DNA of 49,957 nucleotides from Amoebophrya sp. A120 (taxonomy: Eukaryota > Protista > Dinoflagellata). The stretch covers positions 4,404,577-4,454,533 of the forward strand of contig CAJINV010000008.1 of the NCBI GenBank assembly GCA_905178155.1. Direction: 5' to 3'. Below the pieces are notes generated by a model. That model was not told where the DNA came from. It saw only the letters and a list, made by a program, of their open reading frames with translations, and made no database searches. Position 1 is the first letter of the stretch; the number at the start of each line of letters is the position of its first letter. The position numbers and the translations under genes were made by a program. Below are positions 11,678-23,466 of this stretch, one piece after another.

Positions 11678-12044
11678 ACACTTCTTTCGGCTTGTACGGC
11701 ACGACGAGGCGCAGTGGTGAACACGGCCAGCAAGCTAAGGACGACAACAGTTTCTGTGTCAAAGTGGAAGACCCGTCTGGAAATGTGTTTCTGAACTTCG
11801 GCAACTGGGGCACCGGCACGTCGTACACATTTTCGGAACGGAAGGTGACCGACGTGGCCAACTTGCCGCAAGGGACCAGCAAGCTGGTGATCGGACTGCG
11901 CCATCGCGGTACTCGCCTCAGTGCTGTCCGCCTGAGTCCAGCTACCGGGACCGCGGCTTTTGTCCTTTGGCGACCGTGGAACGACGCGCCTGCTAAGTTC
12001 ACTTTCCATAGCTGCACGGTCAATCATTCGGGATCCGGCGCAAA
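11678..12044 (+). CDS. Exon, beta-rich domain; includes an uninterrupted copy of SFGLYGTTRRSGEHGQQAKDDNS
   Basis: Within ORF 11611..12048. GT donor at 12045. 5' boundary uncertain. Confidence 0.65.
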
Positions 12045-12104
12045 GTAGGAGAGCAAAAAGCAACTATGCTTCTGGTTACTGCTGCAAATTTGTTCTCCTA
12101 GAAC
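12045..12104 (+). other. Short hairpin-ended intron
   Basis: taggagagcaaa vs reverse complement of tttgttctccta (taggagaacaaa). Contains an in-frame stop. Could end at AG 12101 or at 12104; both are in frame. Confidence 0.55.
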
Positions 12105-12748
12105 GACTGCCGCGTCGGAGCGCCTTTGTCGTTTTGGTGATCATATTGGCACGGCCAGGGCCGTAATGTATTGTTTATGAGTAGCTTTCCTAACCGTTCG
12201 CAGACTTTATGGCAGATCTTTTTTTTTTGCAGTTTCTGGTATTGTGCATGCCCTTCGTTTGTAAAACAAGTTTGCTATGGGTTTGTTCGGGCGAAAATGA
12301 AGCAAGTCCCCGGAAGCAGTTCTTTTCCACCGCGATACAGCACTAAGGGCGCAGGCAACCGCAGAAGACGGCCAGACCGCTTCGATAGAGATGCTATTAG
12401 CCTCGGGGGGTGTGACTAGATATTTTCCGAGTTCGGTATCCCGCGAAAAAACATCATTGGTTTTCAAGACTTGTGTATCATGCGCTAGGGAAGATAGATA
12501 AGACAGCTTACTGGTGATGCGTCCTTCCTAGGTGCCAGGTGATGTGATGTGTACTAGAGAAGATAGATACGTATTGGTGATGTGTCCTGGGTACCAGCTA
12601 GATTTTGGACTACACTCCGCAGCTGCGCCGAAGCTTGTCATGTGCCGACCACAAAAATTACTGGCTTTTGCGTAATCGTAGAGAAGCCGACACTATAAAA
12701 TTCCAGCTCTATGCAGCTTTGGATGCTTTTTTTCAAAAGGATATCCAG

Positions 12749-12953
12749 GCACGTTGGCTTTTGCGCCGGTCACACTTCGCCTCACACACGGGGATAAAGA
12801 CGGGCTGTGCATCGACCGCATCCTCTTGAATGGGCATGAAATTCACAGCGGCGCTAAGTGGTTTGATGTGCCCGACTATCGAAATGAAATGAGTCGTCTC
12901 GCCCAGGAACAAAAGTGCATGATGCGCGACACGAAGCTCGTCGAGAATACGAC
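12749..12953 (+). CDS. Probable exon (LRLTHGDKDGLCIDRILLNG...KWFD)
   Basis: ccag acceptor, protein-like translation, and phase compatible with exon 13280. Confidence 0.4.
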
Positions 12954-13279
12954 TTAGATAAGTGCGATCTTCATTCGCACGGTAGCAATACAAATTTTGC
13001 TGGATGCAGCTTCGCAAAAGCCTGGGCTACAGGACCGCATGGTAAAGGCGACTCACAAGCGGAATTTTTCATGCAATGTCCGCACTTCTTCGCTGCGACT
13101 AGATTCTGCAGCAACAGCTGCTTCAGTCCATTCATGCGAGACGGAGCTTTTCCACCACATTTGAAGTTTTACAATAGAATCACTCGGTGACGCTGTTGTT
13201 CCCGTGGCGCTTTTCAATTTGATATGTGCCCAGGATCCCAATCTCACTTTCGACAGCCTCAAACGTACAGTTTTCGCAG

Positions 13280-14001
13280 AGCAAACGTCGACAGTAATGC
13301 AAGCGCAAGCACAGCAGCCACAATCTTCCTGCAGCGCAAACTGTCTTTCACGACGGCTTTCGAGGAGTGGAAAGCCGGGTTTCTCAAACTTCAAGCCGCA
13401 GAAGCCGCTACGATCGCTGCGACTGTGTCGTTTGGCTGCAACGGCAACGACTACGAGGTAAATCCGACTAACCAAGTTACCACCGGCGGACAGCCGGCTT
13501 TCTACTGTCCAGGGCCGGGGCTGGAGTTGGTGCACTACGAAAGCGGATGTCGCCCCAAGTGCGACTGCGCTCACGGGCAAATCACCACCAATGACCACTG
13601 CCCCGCACCGCATGCGCAGCTGTGCCACAGCTGCACAAAAGCGGCAAGTGATCACCTGTACTCCATTCGTAACGTGGACCCAACGAGCGAAAGCAGCATT
13701 GCGTATCACTGGCACGCACCGCATGGTGACAATCTGTTCTATGAGAACCGAATGTGCTGGGCAGACTGTGCGTTGGTGAGCTGCCACTATAAGAACGCGG
13801 ACAAGGCGTGGTTTCAGCACAGGTTAGAGGAGAATTCCGAGTCGGACCAAATCCGGTGGTGCAACGAGGCACGGCATGACCGAAACACGTGCGTGCAGGA
13901 CCAGAATTGTTGTCAAAAAGGATGCGCGGAGCCAGCAGGTGCGGTGGCATACGGGATAAATTGGGAAACAGCCCTAACCAAGACGGAGCTATATCCAAGA
14001 G
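13280..14001 (+). CDS. Exon: further divergent Cys repeat of the same protein family
   Basis: ttttcgcag acceptor and gtaagt donor at 14002. CDCAHG...C...CHSC...CWADC...NCCQKGCAEP mirrors the earlier modules. Confidence 0.8.
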
Positions 14002-14650
14002 GTAAGTTTTGTGCAAAATACCACAGGAGAAAATAGCGCTAGAAAATTTAGAAAATTTCCGACAAAAAGTATCTCTGGAAGGGAACGAAAGATATGTGCT
14101 TGACAGTGGCTTAGTAAAGTCAGCAGACATGATAATTTATTTCGTAATTTCCTTGTCTGGGATTCACGACGAACCGGCAGTATCCACCGCAGTGTTGGGC
14201 GACATCGGCAGTATCTCGGACGCGCTGGAAGACCGGAGAAGTTCCTGCTCCTGAGCTAACTTCTCCCAACAGATCAATCCGGAAACCGACACGCTACGGG
14301 TGGAACCGCATAAAAAACCAGAGGTACCTATTATGAAACATGTAGAGAAAAATCGTACTTCATCACACCCTTCAAAATATTTGTAAGACAGGGGCATCAA
14401 AATTGGCACTTGATGCTAGCACTTCCACGATCCGCGTGTGGAGCCCAAGGGAGAACGTGGCAACGACAGTGAAGCATCAAGATTCTTGAGGAAAAGAAAC
14501 TGGCAGCTGCGCCGACGACTGCGGCTGAGGAGCTTCTGAAGAAAAACCTGGGTGCGAACCGCATGCGAACGGTTTACTGGCGCGCCGGAACGCTGTGGCG
14601 GAAACCGGAGCTGCGTGGATTGCTGCACTGATTATCATGCAGCCCAGCAT

Positions 14651-15500
14651 AAGCACCGTCTACTTCGAATATGAAGGCCGTCCACTTCTGCTCAAGAAAA
14701 TGAATGTACTTGACCGAGTTTAGGGCTTGATGGGTTTTTAAGTATCTGTGCGGCATACCCAACGATATTTTTGCGAATTCAAAGATGAGCTCTTCGGGTT
14801 AAGGGCTTTCAGTCTCAATACGCAAGAAAAGAGAATACAAGCTAACGGCCTTTGCCACTTCACGAGCAGAGACCGGTGACTGTCGCGATTCATGATGTCC
14901 TTAGGTAGGCATTCGTAAGATGAGCTGCGGAAATCATTGTCTTTCCTCCACCGCAGCCTTGAATTTATGAATGTAAGTGCAAGCACAATCTTCATACGCG
15001 ATGAGTAGCTGGTTTTTGCGACAGAGCAAGAGCGGACTGCGAGTTTGAGAGTTTTGAGTGAACCGTAGCTCCCCTTGCCTTTATTTTTCCCCAAGTAAAA
15101 AAATACGCCACCGCATGTGCGCACTGCTTCCGCCTTTGTTTTTGTATCTAGTTTTCTGGCGCTTGCAATACTTCCCTGCAGGACCCTTTTAATACTGTTC
15201 CGAAACTAAGAGTAACACTTTCACATGATTGATGTGTTCTGGCTCGAAAAAATTAGCTGCGGGAGCAACCATATATAAGACAAGCGATGAGCGTGTCCCT
15301 TAGTAGTGAGCCGCGAAGCAAGATGGCGGGCGGCCGGACTATCGACATCGTATCATACTGCAACACAGCCTCTCACGCCAGCACCTGTTTTGTCATGCGA
15401 AGGAATCCTTCCGGCGCCATCCGCTTCTCGGCGGTGGTTCTCGACTACTAAACACGATCGAAGGTGAAAGCCAGTGGACCAGTCGGTTGTGTAGTGATGA
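14651..15500. repeat. Dispersed direct repeat, copy 2
   Basis: Matches 1-857. Confidence 0.95.
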
Positions 15501-18500
15501 TCGTGACAACATGCAACAGGGCAGTCTCCGTTAATTTTTGCGCTCCTGCAGCTAATACTTGCGCTCGGCGATTATCTACTAGAACCGATAACATCAAATC
15601 AAGCATGAAAATCCTATTTCGCGCCTTCTTCCTGACCAGTATGCATGCACAAGATTCCGCAAGCTTTAGCGACGCTGGGCGAAAATCTTTCGACCGAGGG
15701 TTTGTTCTCTATCACCTCGCGAGCACAGAGCAGATTTGCAACAACTTATAATGAGATCGAAGGTTGTGTCTTCTGGCAAGGCGATTTGACTGCCGGTTTG
15801 GGGGCTGGGGTATTCATTCCGATATGTTGAGCGCCACTTGAGGTTGGTGGAAAAGGCCTTTGAGAAGATACGAAAAGAAATTGACTTTACAAAATGCACT
15901 TGCTCGGAATTTGACAGATCTTGCGACGTCATCTACAAGCAAAGTCGATGTCGCGTAATGGAGGGCACGATGGAAGCGGCTAGATCTCCACACTAGTTTG
16001 CTCCCAGGACGACGCATGCTACAGATACATCATGAGTCGCGGATGCTGGATCCGTAGGAACTCATTCTGAACAATATACCTCCAAGTGCCTCCGCGTCCC
16101 GCTTTGGTTCTCACTATGAAAGTAGAAACAAGCACGCATGACGTCTACAACATTCTGGTGGGGGTTCGCCACTCATTTTTTTTTTTCTTTATCATGGTTC
16201 CAGATACAGGCAAGTGTGATATGGTGAAAAATTACTCAGCGATATTTGTGAATGGGCTGTCATCATCCGCCGAAGTAAAATGCTTTTGGCCTTTCCATAC
16301 AAAGCATTAAATCGCGAACTCGCCAAGACTCGAGGACCCGTATCACATTAAAACCGGGACTGAAGTCAGATAATTTCGAGTTATGGCAACCAGAAAAGAT
16401 AAAGATTTCATCAACGTTCATGCCGCAGAAAACTACTTACAACGTCGTATGTAGAGCCTGGCTCCAACTGCGGGCTCGCCTTAAAGCGCCGACTTGCCAG
16501 CCGCCCGCCCAAGCAAACTGGTGGGGGCGAGGCAAAATTGATAGACAGGAAATTTCCGGACAAAAGTATTTTCTGCAGTGCGAACACTTGCGGAGCTGCA
16601 ACGAGCTGTAGCTCTGCCGCGAAAGCAAATCTGATTTCAATGAACATTTGACCGAATTGCATACTTCAAAATATTCCGAGAAAAAAAATGCGTTTAGCTT
16701 ATTGGTCTTTGCTCGTGTAGACCTCTTCCGGAGTAGCTTTTTGTGCGACGCAACCCAGTATGTGCATAAGGCTTGTATTCAAAAGAAAGTGCTTTATCCG
16801 GGCGAGGCTTTTTCCACCTATGGAAAAGGAAGTGCCTTCCGGGGCAGATGTTATGTTTATGCGACGTGTCGGGGCCGTTCCTACACCCGATGTGTGCCTT
16901 TGCTGGCAGTACGTAGTCCAAATCTAGAGCAGCGCACTTTTGTTTCTCGATACTGCTACAGCAGTCAAAGCGATTATCTCCGGTAAGAAAATTTTTGTTT
17001 TTTCTCATGTTTCGAAGGCTAGTTTCAGCTCCTCGCCCGTTTTTATTTACACATTCGTATTTTCAGTTTCTTGATACAGTGATGCAAGCCGTGATAAAAT
17101 TACAGCATCTCCGGCACGCGACTTTCCTCATCCGCATCAGCAAAAAAGATGTTCGTGCTTTTGTCGGCCTTCAAGTATTGACCACAAAGCAGCTCTCCCC
17201 CCCAGAACGCATAATTTTTTAATATCACGCAACGTTTACAAGCGGCGTGCAGAGCCGCGATTTCTTGACTTCGAAAATAAGCATGGGATTTATGCGCTTT
17301 TCTGAGAACAAGAAAGGTAATCTGGTCGACGATTGTCAAGTCCCAGAATCACACTCGACATGCAAGAGTGACATTCTACATGTGAAAACTTGTCAAGTGG
17401 GTACGCACAAGCAGATAGTCAATGTCCTGTTTGCAGAAAATGACTGCATGTGACAGAATTGATGCTCCTGCTCGTCTTGAGGGGTCATCACGAAGACGTT
17501 GCACCTCTTTCCAGGGCGGGATTGTTTTCAGCCTGATCCCGATGTTTTTGGAGAGTGCGTTGCAGAGCATGTCATTGAACACGCTCTAGAGATGTCTTCC
17601 GATGCGGAGATATCTCCCGAAGGATTTGCTCCAACCCAGACTCCAGGACAGTAGTCGAAATTTCTGAAGAAGTCAGTAAGTAGGGCCACACAAGATCGCG
17701 AGGCATGTTTCGCAGGGAATTTTTGCAAGAGGTGCTTCTAATAGACGTTCCTGGCGTGAGAATCTGGCCAATGTCACTCGGCAAGTAAGTGCAAAAAGAA
17801 CAACTTTGATAAAAAACCAACGTGACTATCAGGCATGCTTCCCACAGCAAATGCCTATCCGACGTCCTTCTGTCGGCTTTAGTAATTGTTCTGCTTCTGT
17901 GGAAAGGTTACAGTGCTGGAAATGGGAATGCCTTGCAATATCATTTGTAGTGCAGACTTGCATCTGGAGCAATCGGTATTGGGCAGATCCCTTTCCCGTG
18001 TGACACAGACACACAGACGAGCCGGCAACAGAAGGACAAATCGACGACACCAAAGCTGTACCGAATGGCGCAAAGGTGGAGCAGATGACGGAAGTGTCCA
18101 AGTCCAGCCAGGGCCTGGTGGACACTGCCCCTGCGTCGTTCTTGGGGGAGGCCAACCACCTCACGCAACAGCAACAGGCGGTGCTCTCCACGAAACAAGA
18201 TTTGGATTTGTTTTACGATCTCCAGTTGTACCTATTCCAAGAAAACGCGGTCGATGTTTCTGCCTCCGTGGAGAATCAGCAAGCCAAGAACGAGAATTTG
18301 ATCTTGCGGGCCGGATCTGACATCACGCTGCAGCGATTGCACAGCAACGCCATGTGGCCTAAATTGGAGGTATCCAGGTTTCTTTTTCCTACCCATACCG
18401 TGATATTTGTTTGCTGAGTAGGATGAGTTCGTAATAAGGTAATCCGGGCACATTCAAACTGCGCAGAGTGGCAAAGTGTACAAATATGGGCATGCATGCC

Positions 18501-21500
18501 GATCGGATCAAGAAATAAAAACTGCGCAGCGCAACGTCGAGAAGCTTCTCAAGAGCCCAAGTATCCGCTTCTCTATACCGATATGGAAGTAAAGTTTTGA
18601 CCTGCGTCGCATTTTTTGTTGCGGCACTATACTCATTCAAGATACCTCGACGCAGCAGCTTTCTTCTCGACTCTTATGGTGCATCAGATTTACTCTCTAT
18701 CCAAATCTGCATCTCGAGGACACCTCCTTTGGAGAGCTGTATATATTTGATGAGGCCGGTCAAAGTTTTTTGAGCATGCACCATCACCAAGTTGGCCGAG
18801 TACCTGATTATGTTTGCAGAAATACGCAATGGAAGTATGCTGATGTCCAGGGAAGGCAAACCAAACTTGTAGAAAGGATTGCAAGGCCGCCGGGGTCGAA
18901 AAATGTCTGTTATTCCATGAGGCTGCTCAGTTTTCGACAACTACGCTGGCAAAGAGTTGCGCCCTCCCGTCGGACCTGAGCATTTATTTATACACGGCAT
19001 TCAGGCTGGATAAGAATACCAATAACGAGTTGGATACCGGCGATATTTGCGTGATTATCTACCCCATTCCAGGCCGAGTGATAATTCTGTCGCCGCTAGA
19101 CTACAGCGCTTTGCACAAGCGTCAGATCCACCAAGACGCCGACGTAAAAATTTGCGAGCATTGCATGCGCAAATGTTTATCATTTCATGCGATATTTATC
19201 GGAAGCCAGACGTAGCGAAATAGCTCCGCATAACGGCCACAACATCTCCAAACGTGGGCGAGGCTTTTTCACGAGCTGAATGAATAAAGGCACTCAGATG
19301 CCTAGCGTTGCCCGATTTGCACCCACTAATATCGACATTGTGGCGGCGCTGCATTAAATGAAACAAACTGCCACGGTTCACTTATACTCATGCAAGTGCC
19401 CTCGCAGCGTACCGTCCATGTAGGGCAGGCATTGTTGATAATTGCCATTCAGATTTTGAGCCAGAGTATCTCATATCGCGCAGAAATTAAGCCTCTGGAG
19501 GCTTCCGTGTGTCTACACAATAGTAGTCCTGCGCACGATCGGCACAAGTGTGGTGGTCTTGTCTGTATCCGTGTGGGTACACGATGCAACAAATATTGTG
19601 TGTTGCAGTGCAGGCATCAGGACTTATAGGCCTGATTTTACTTTCCAAATGATGCGCATGCATCTCGTATGTCTGGCGGCGTGTTGAGAATACAGTTGGA
19701 ATGCCACCGCTTCCTCGGGGTGGGGGGCAGTTGTCATCTGGATGACCCATTCCGATCCAACAGCGGGCATCGAGTTGCGTCATTCAATTGCGGCACTTAG
19801 GCAGGTTTTCATGGCGATCTCCGGCCAGCCAGCAGCAGATGGCCCCGGTGGCGCATCGGTTTCCTTTCCGGAGTACGTCCAGAGTTGTGAGTACATCAAG
19901 GGGAATGAGATAGGCAGGAAGCTGGCGGATGGGGAATCCGGAAAATCGTTCCTGGACATTCAAAACTGGCGGGAATGGGTGCCTGGATTGGCGCCGACCG
20001 ACCCGCGGCCTTTGTTATGTAAACAGGACCGCGCAGGCGTAGCTTTGATCCGAGCCTTACGTTTGTATGTACAAAGCGAGATCACGAACCTTGTAACCTG
20101 TCAGCCTGCCTGCCAGGTCTTGCCATACTCTGCAGGCATGCCGTTTTTTGACATGAAAAGCGGGCCAGTGCGCAAACTTTTTGCGGGCTTGTGCCAAACA
20201 TATAGGCCCGCCGGAAGTTTATTGAGTAGCGCCTGAACGACAGAAGAGGGCGAGCCGCCAAGCGCAGCGGGCTTTTGAGGCGGTCGCCGGTTTGGATTCT
20301 GGCGAGCCCCTTGTGCTGCTCGAAAGCGCGCGCAGACAAATCGTGCGCGAAATGAAAGTGCCAGGGGGCCAATCAAGTCGCGCGGTAGGTGTGGGGCACG
20401 CTTTCCGCCTCTCTTCGCGCGCCCCCTGGGACAATCGAAGGCCTGGGTTGTTGGTGCCGCTGACTCGTGAGAGAGGCGTTGGCGCTTGCGCCAATATTCC
20501 ATGCGGCCGACCATCTCCCGGCAGTGCGCTCGTCCGAGGGCGCCGCTTGGTGGGCTTGACCGCTGGGCCAGTGGTTGCCTGCGCATTTTTATGACCGCGG
20601 GGAGGGACGTAGGCTCTCGGGCTGCTTACTATCGTCAAGACCTGGTTTGCACTCCCCAGAAGATGAAGCTACGCGGGCGCCTCTGTTTGCTTTTACACAA
20701 AGCGGATGACGAATACTCTTCCACGGTCGCAGCCTACTGGAGTCCAGAAACAAACGACGCATACGACGCATGCCGTATTTTTATTGTGTGCGAATATCTA
20801 CGATCCATAAGATCTTCAACGCGTTAGATCTGTGAGTTCCTTGTTGGTGAACCGGTACCCTTGTCCTCTTGGAACGCGATGTCACATTTCTAAGCGAGCA
20901 CTCCCATCCTGTCCTCGCTAGGTCTACTCCATCGGGTAGAGAGGTGCTTGATGGTGGGACGGCAAGGGCTCAAGTGTTGTTCTTATCTGCGCGCATAGCT
21001 AATTATCTACGAGGGAAAAAGAGAAAGCCAATCAAATCAAAAGCAAACAGGTAAAGTGTGGCCCTCTCAAACCAAAAACAAAAACTAGTTAACCGCTGCT
21101 GGCATTATTCGCGACATCCATAGTTAACCGCTGCGGTGCGCTCGCTAATCCATGCATCGAGGCGGGTGGAGATTAACTCCCAACGCCCGCTCTCCCAATG
21201 CTCCACCGGGCGAGATTCATGCTAGGCCATGGCCAAGGTGCGCGGCATGTTCAGCCAGTGCATGCACTGGAGATCATGCCCGCAAACCAGGGCCATGCTG
21301 CCCGTTCTCTACACCTCTCTATCTTTCCCCGGGGCTGGCTTTCAGATACCCGCCCATGCGAGTATCTAAGAGCCAGTCGCCTCAGGAAGATATACCCTGA
21401 GCTTCTGCATCTGCTTCGCGCAGTGAGCATGCCCTCTGTGGAGGGGCGATTGCGTGGAGCAGAAGCTCAAGGCAGCGACGCACTGGGCTCACGCGGGGCC

Positions 21501-21509
21501 GGTATCGCA

Positions 21510-22660
21510 AGGGACCACGCAACACGTTTCCGCGGGGAAACATGCCGCGACGGGGACCTTCGGACGCGACGCAGGGCATTTTCTGAGGTAGAGAGCGTCG
21601 CTGGGGACCACGCGGCACGCTTCGGGCGAAGCGTGTCGCGACGGGGACCTACGGAGAGACACGACACGAAGCTCATAGTTTCGCCGTCGCGTCGGCAGGG
21701 ACCGTATATACGCTTCGCTTGAAGCATGCCCCAATGGGGACCCAGGAGGTAGCACCAAGCTCCTGTGGAGAGGGTGCCTGGGTCACACAGCAGGCTTCGT
21801 GGAAGCGTGGCGCGACGGGGGGACCACAGAGCGGACACCAAACCCTTGCAGGGTTAGTGTCGACAGGGACAGGGACCGCGCAGCACGCTTCGTAAGAAGC
21901 GCGCCCCGAGGGGGACCTGCGGAGACCAACACACCACGCCGAGCCGTGGTGGAGTTGATGTCGACGGGGACCACGAACACGCTTCGCAAAAGCGCGTCGC
22001 GATGGGGACTTACGGAGACACGCGACGCCAAGCCTGCAGCGAGTTTGCAACACGCGTCGGCGGGGACCACGTGGCACGCTTCGCTTGAAGCGTGCCGTGA
22101 TGGGGACCTACGGTCTCGTCTGGAGGCGGCGCGAGGGCCACGCGGCGTGCTTCTGCTTCGTAGAAGCCCGCCGCGATGGAGACCTCTCGGGCCGACACCA
22201 ACCATGCCTTGCGAAGTTGGTGCCGGAGGGGACCACACAGCATGCTTCGCAAGAAGCGCGCCGCGATGGAGACCTGCGGAGACGACACCAAACTCCCGCG
22301 GAGCTGGTGTTGACGGGGACCACACAGCACACTTCGCCTGAAGCGTGCCATGGTCGGGACCTACGAGGCAGCACAAAGCGCCCCTGCAGGTGGAGGTGCC
22401 ACAGCGCCGAGCAGCATGCTTCGAAGAAGCGCGCCGCAGTGTAGACCTGCGGAGCCGACACCAAGCCCCTGCGGACTTGGTGGCAACGGGAACCACGCCG
22501 CACGCTTCGTTCAAAGCGTGTCGGGCGCGGGACCTGTGGAGACGACACCAGGGAGCTCCTACTGCGGAGCTGGTGTCGACGGGGACCACGCAGCGCACCT
22601 AGCCAGATGCGTGCCGTGATAGGGACCGGCGCAGCGTGCTTCTCTCGAAGCGTGCCGTCA
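21510..22660. repeat. Degenerate ~90-bp minisatellite (~13 units), each with a hairpin core
   Basis: Recurrent ggggaccac...cacgcttc-N-gaagcgtg...gatgg(g/a)gacct at about 21511, 21603, 21698, 21780, 21872, 21966, 22062, 22135, 22228, 22315, 22397, 22488 and 22581. Confidence 0.8.
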
Positions 22661-22901
22661 CGGACACGCGAGCACACGGCGCCAGGCCTCTGTCCGAGGC
22701 GCTGGCGCTGTGCGGCAGGGGGCGCACGCGCTGCCATGTCGTGCAGATCTGCGCACAGCAGCAGCACTACCTTGGCTTGCGTGTCGCGCGCCCTCACTTG
22801 CTGCTCGCGCAAGTGGGACTCATTGATTTGTTGAGCGCGGCTTGCGGCCACGCCCCAACTGGGGCGCGGGTCGCGTGGCGGAGTGCGGTAACGCGCGTCG
22901 T

Positions 22902-23466
22902 CATTGGAGTGCACCTGCTTGCCAGCACATCCAACAAAGACCTCCCGGGCGTGCAGCTCGGCTTGCGCCGCAGCACAGCCCGGGAAAGCGTTTCCGAAAA
23001 CTCTCGTGCGCGCCTTCACTGGAGTGCACCTGCGTGCCAGCGCCTCCAGATCCGACCTCCCGGGCGTGCACCTCGGCTTTCGCCGCAGCACCACCCGGGA
23101 GTGCGTGGCAGAGTATGGCCGGCGCGTCTTCACTGGAGTGCACCTGCGTGCCAGCACCTCCAGCTTAGACCTCCAAGGCGTGCACCTCAGCTCTCGCTGC
23201 AGCACCACCCCGGAGTGCGTCGCATACATCTGCCGCCTCGCGCGCCTTCACTGGAGTGCACCTGCTTGCCAGCACCTCCAGATCCGACCTCCCGGGCGTG
23301 CACCTCGGCTTTTGCCGCAGCACCGCCCGGGAGTGCGTGGCAGAGTGCGATCTGCTCGTCTTCGCTGGAGTGCACCTGCGTGCCAGCGCCTCCAGCTTAG
23401 ACCTCTAGGGCGTGCGCCTCAGCTTTCGCCGCAGCACCACCCCGGAGCGCGTCCCGCACATCTGCC
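22902..23466. repeat. ~115-bp tandem repeat, 5 units
   Basis: c(a/g)(c/t)tggagtgcacctgc at 22902, 23017, 23131, 23249 and 23363. Confidence 0.9.

Noticed and set aside
14574-14762. Tc1/IS630-like transposase remnant (ALNSVKYIHFLEQ...FIFEVDGA) in the direct repeat
   Set aside because: The resemblance is short and has no other catalytic motifs or TIRs, so chance is likely.
1-15500. The ~850-bp repeats as LTRs of one element
   Set aside because: No TG..CA end, PBS/PPT or retro genes between them. The interior is an intron-rich cellular gene.
15500-21000. Short ORFs (e.g. 18076..18417, 19742..20236, 18389..18940)
   Set aside because: Possibly exon or TE remnants, but there are no recognisable motifs or consistent splice model.
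21510-22660. CRISPR array
   Set aside because: Repeats are too degenerate, spacers are partly related to each other, there are no cas genes, and the context is eukaryotic.
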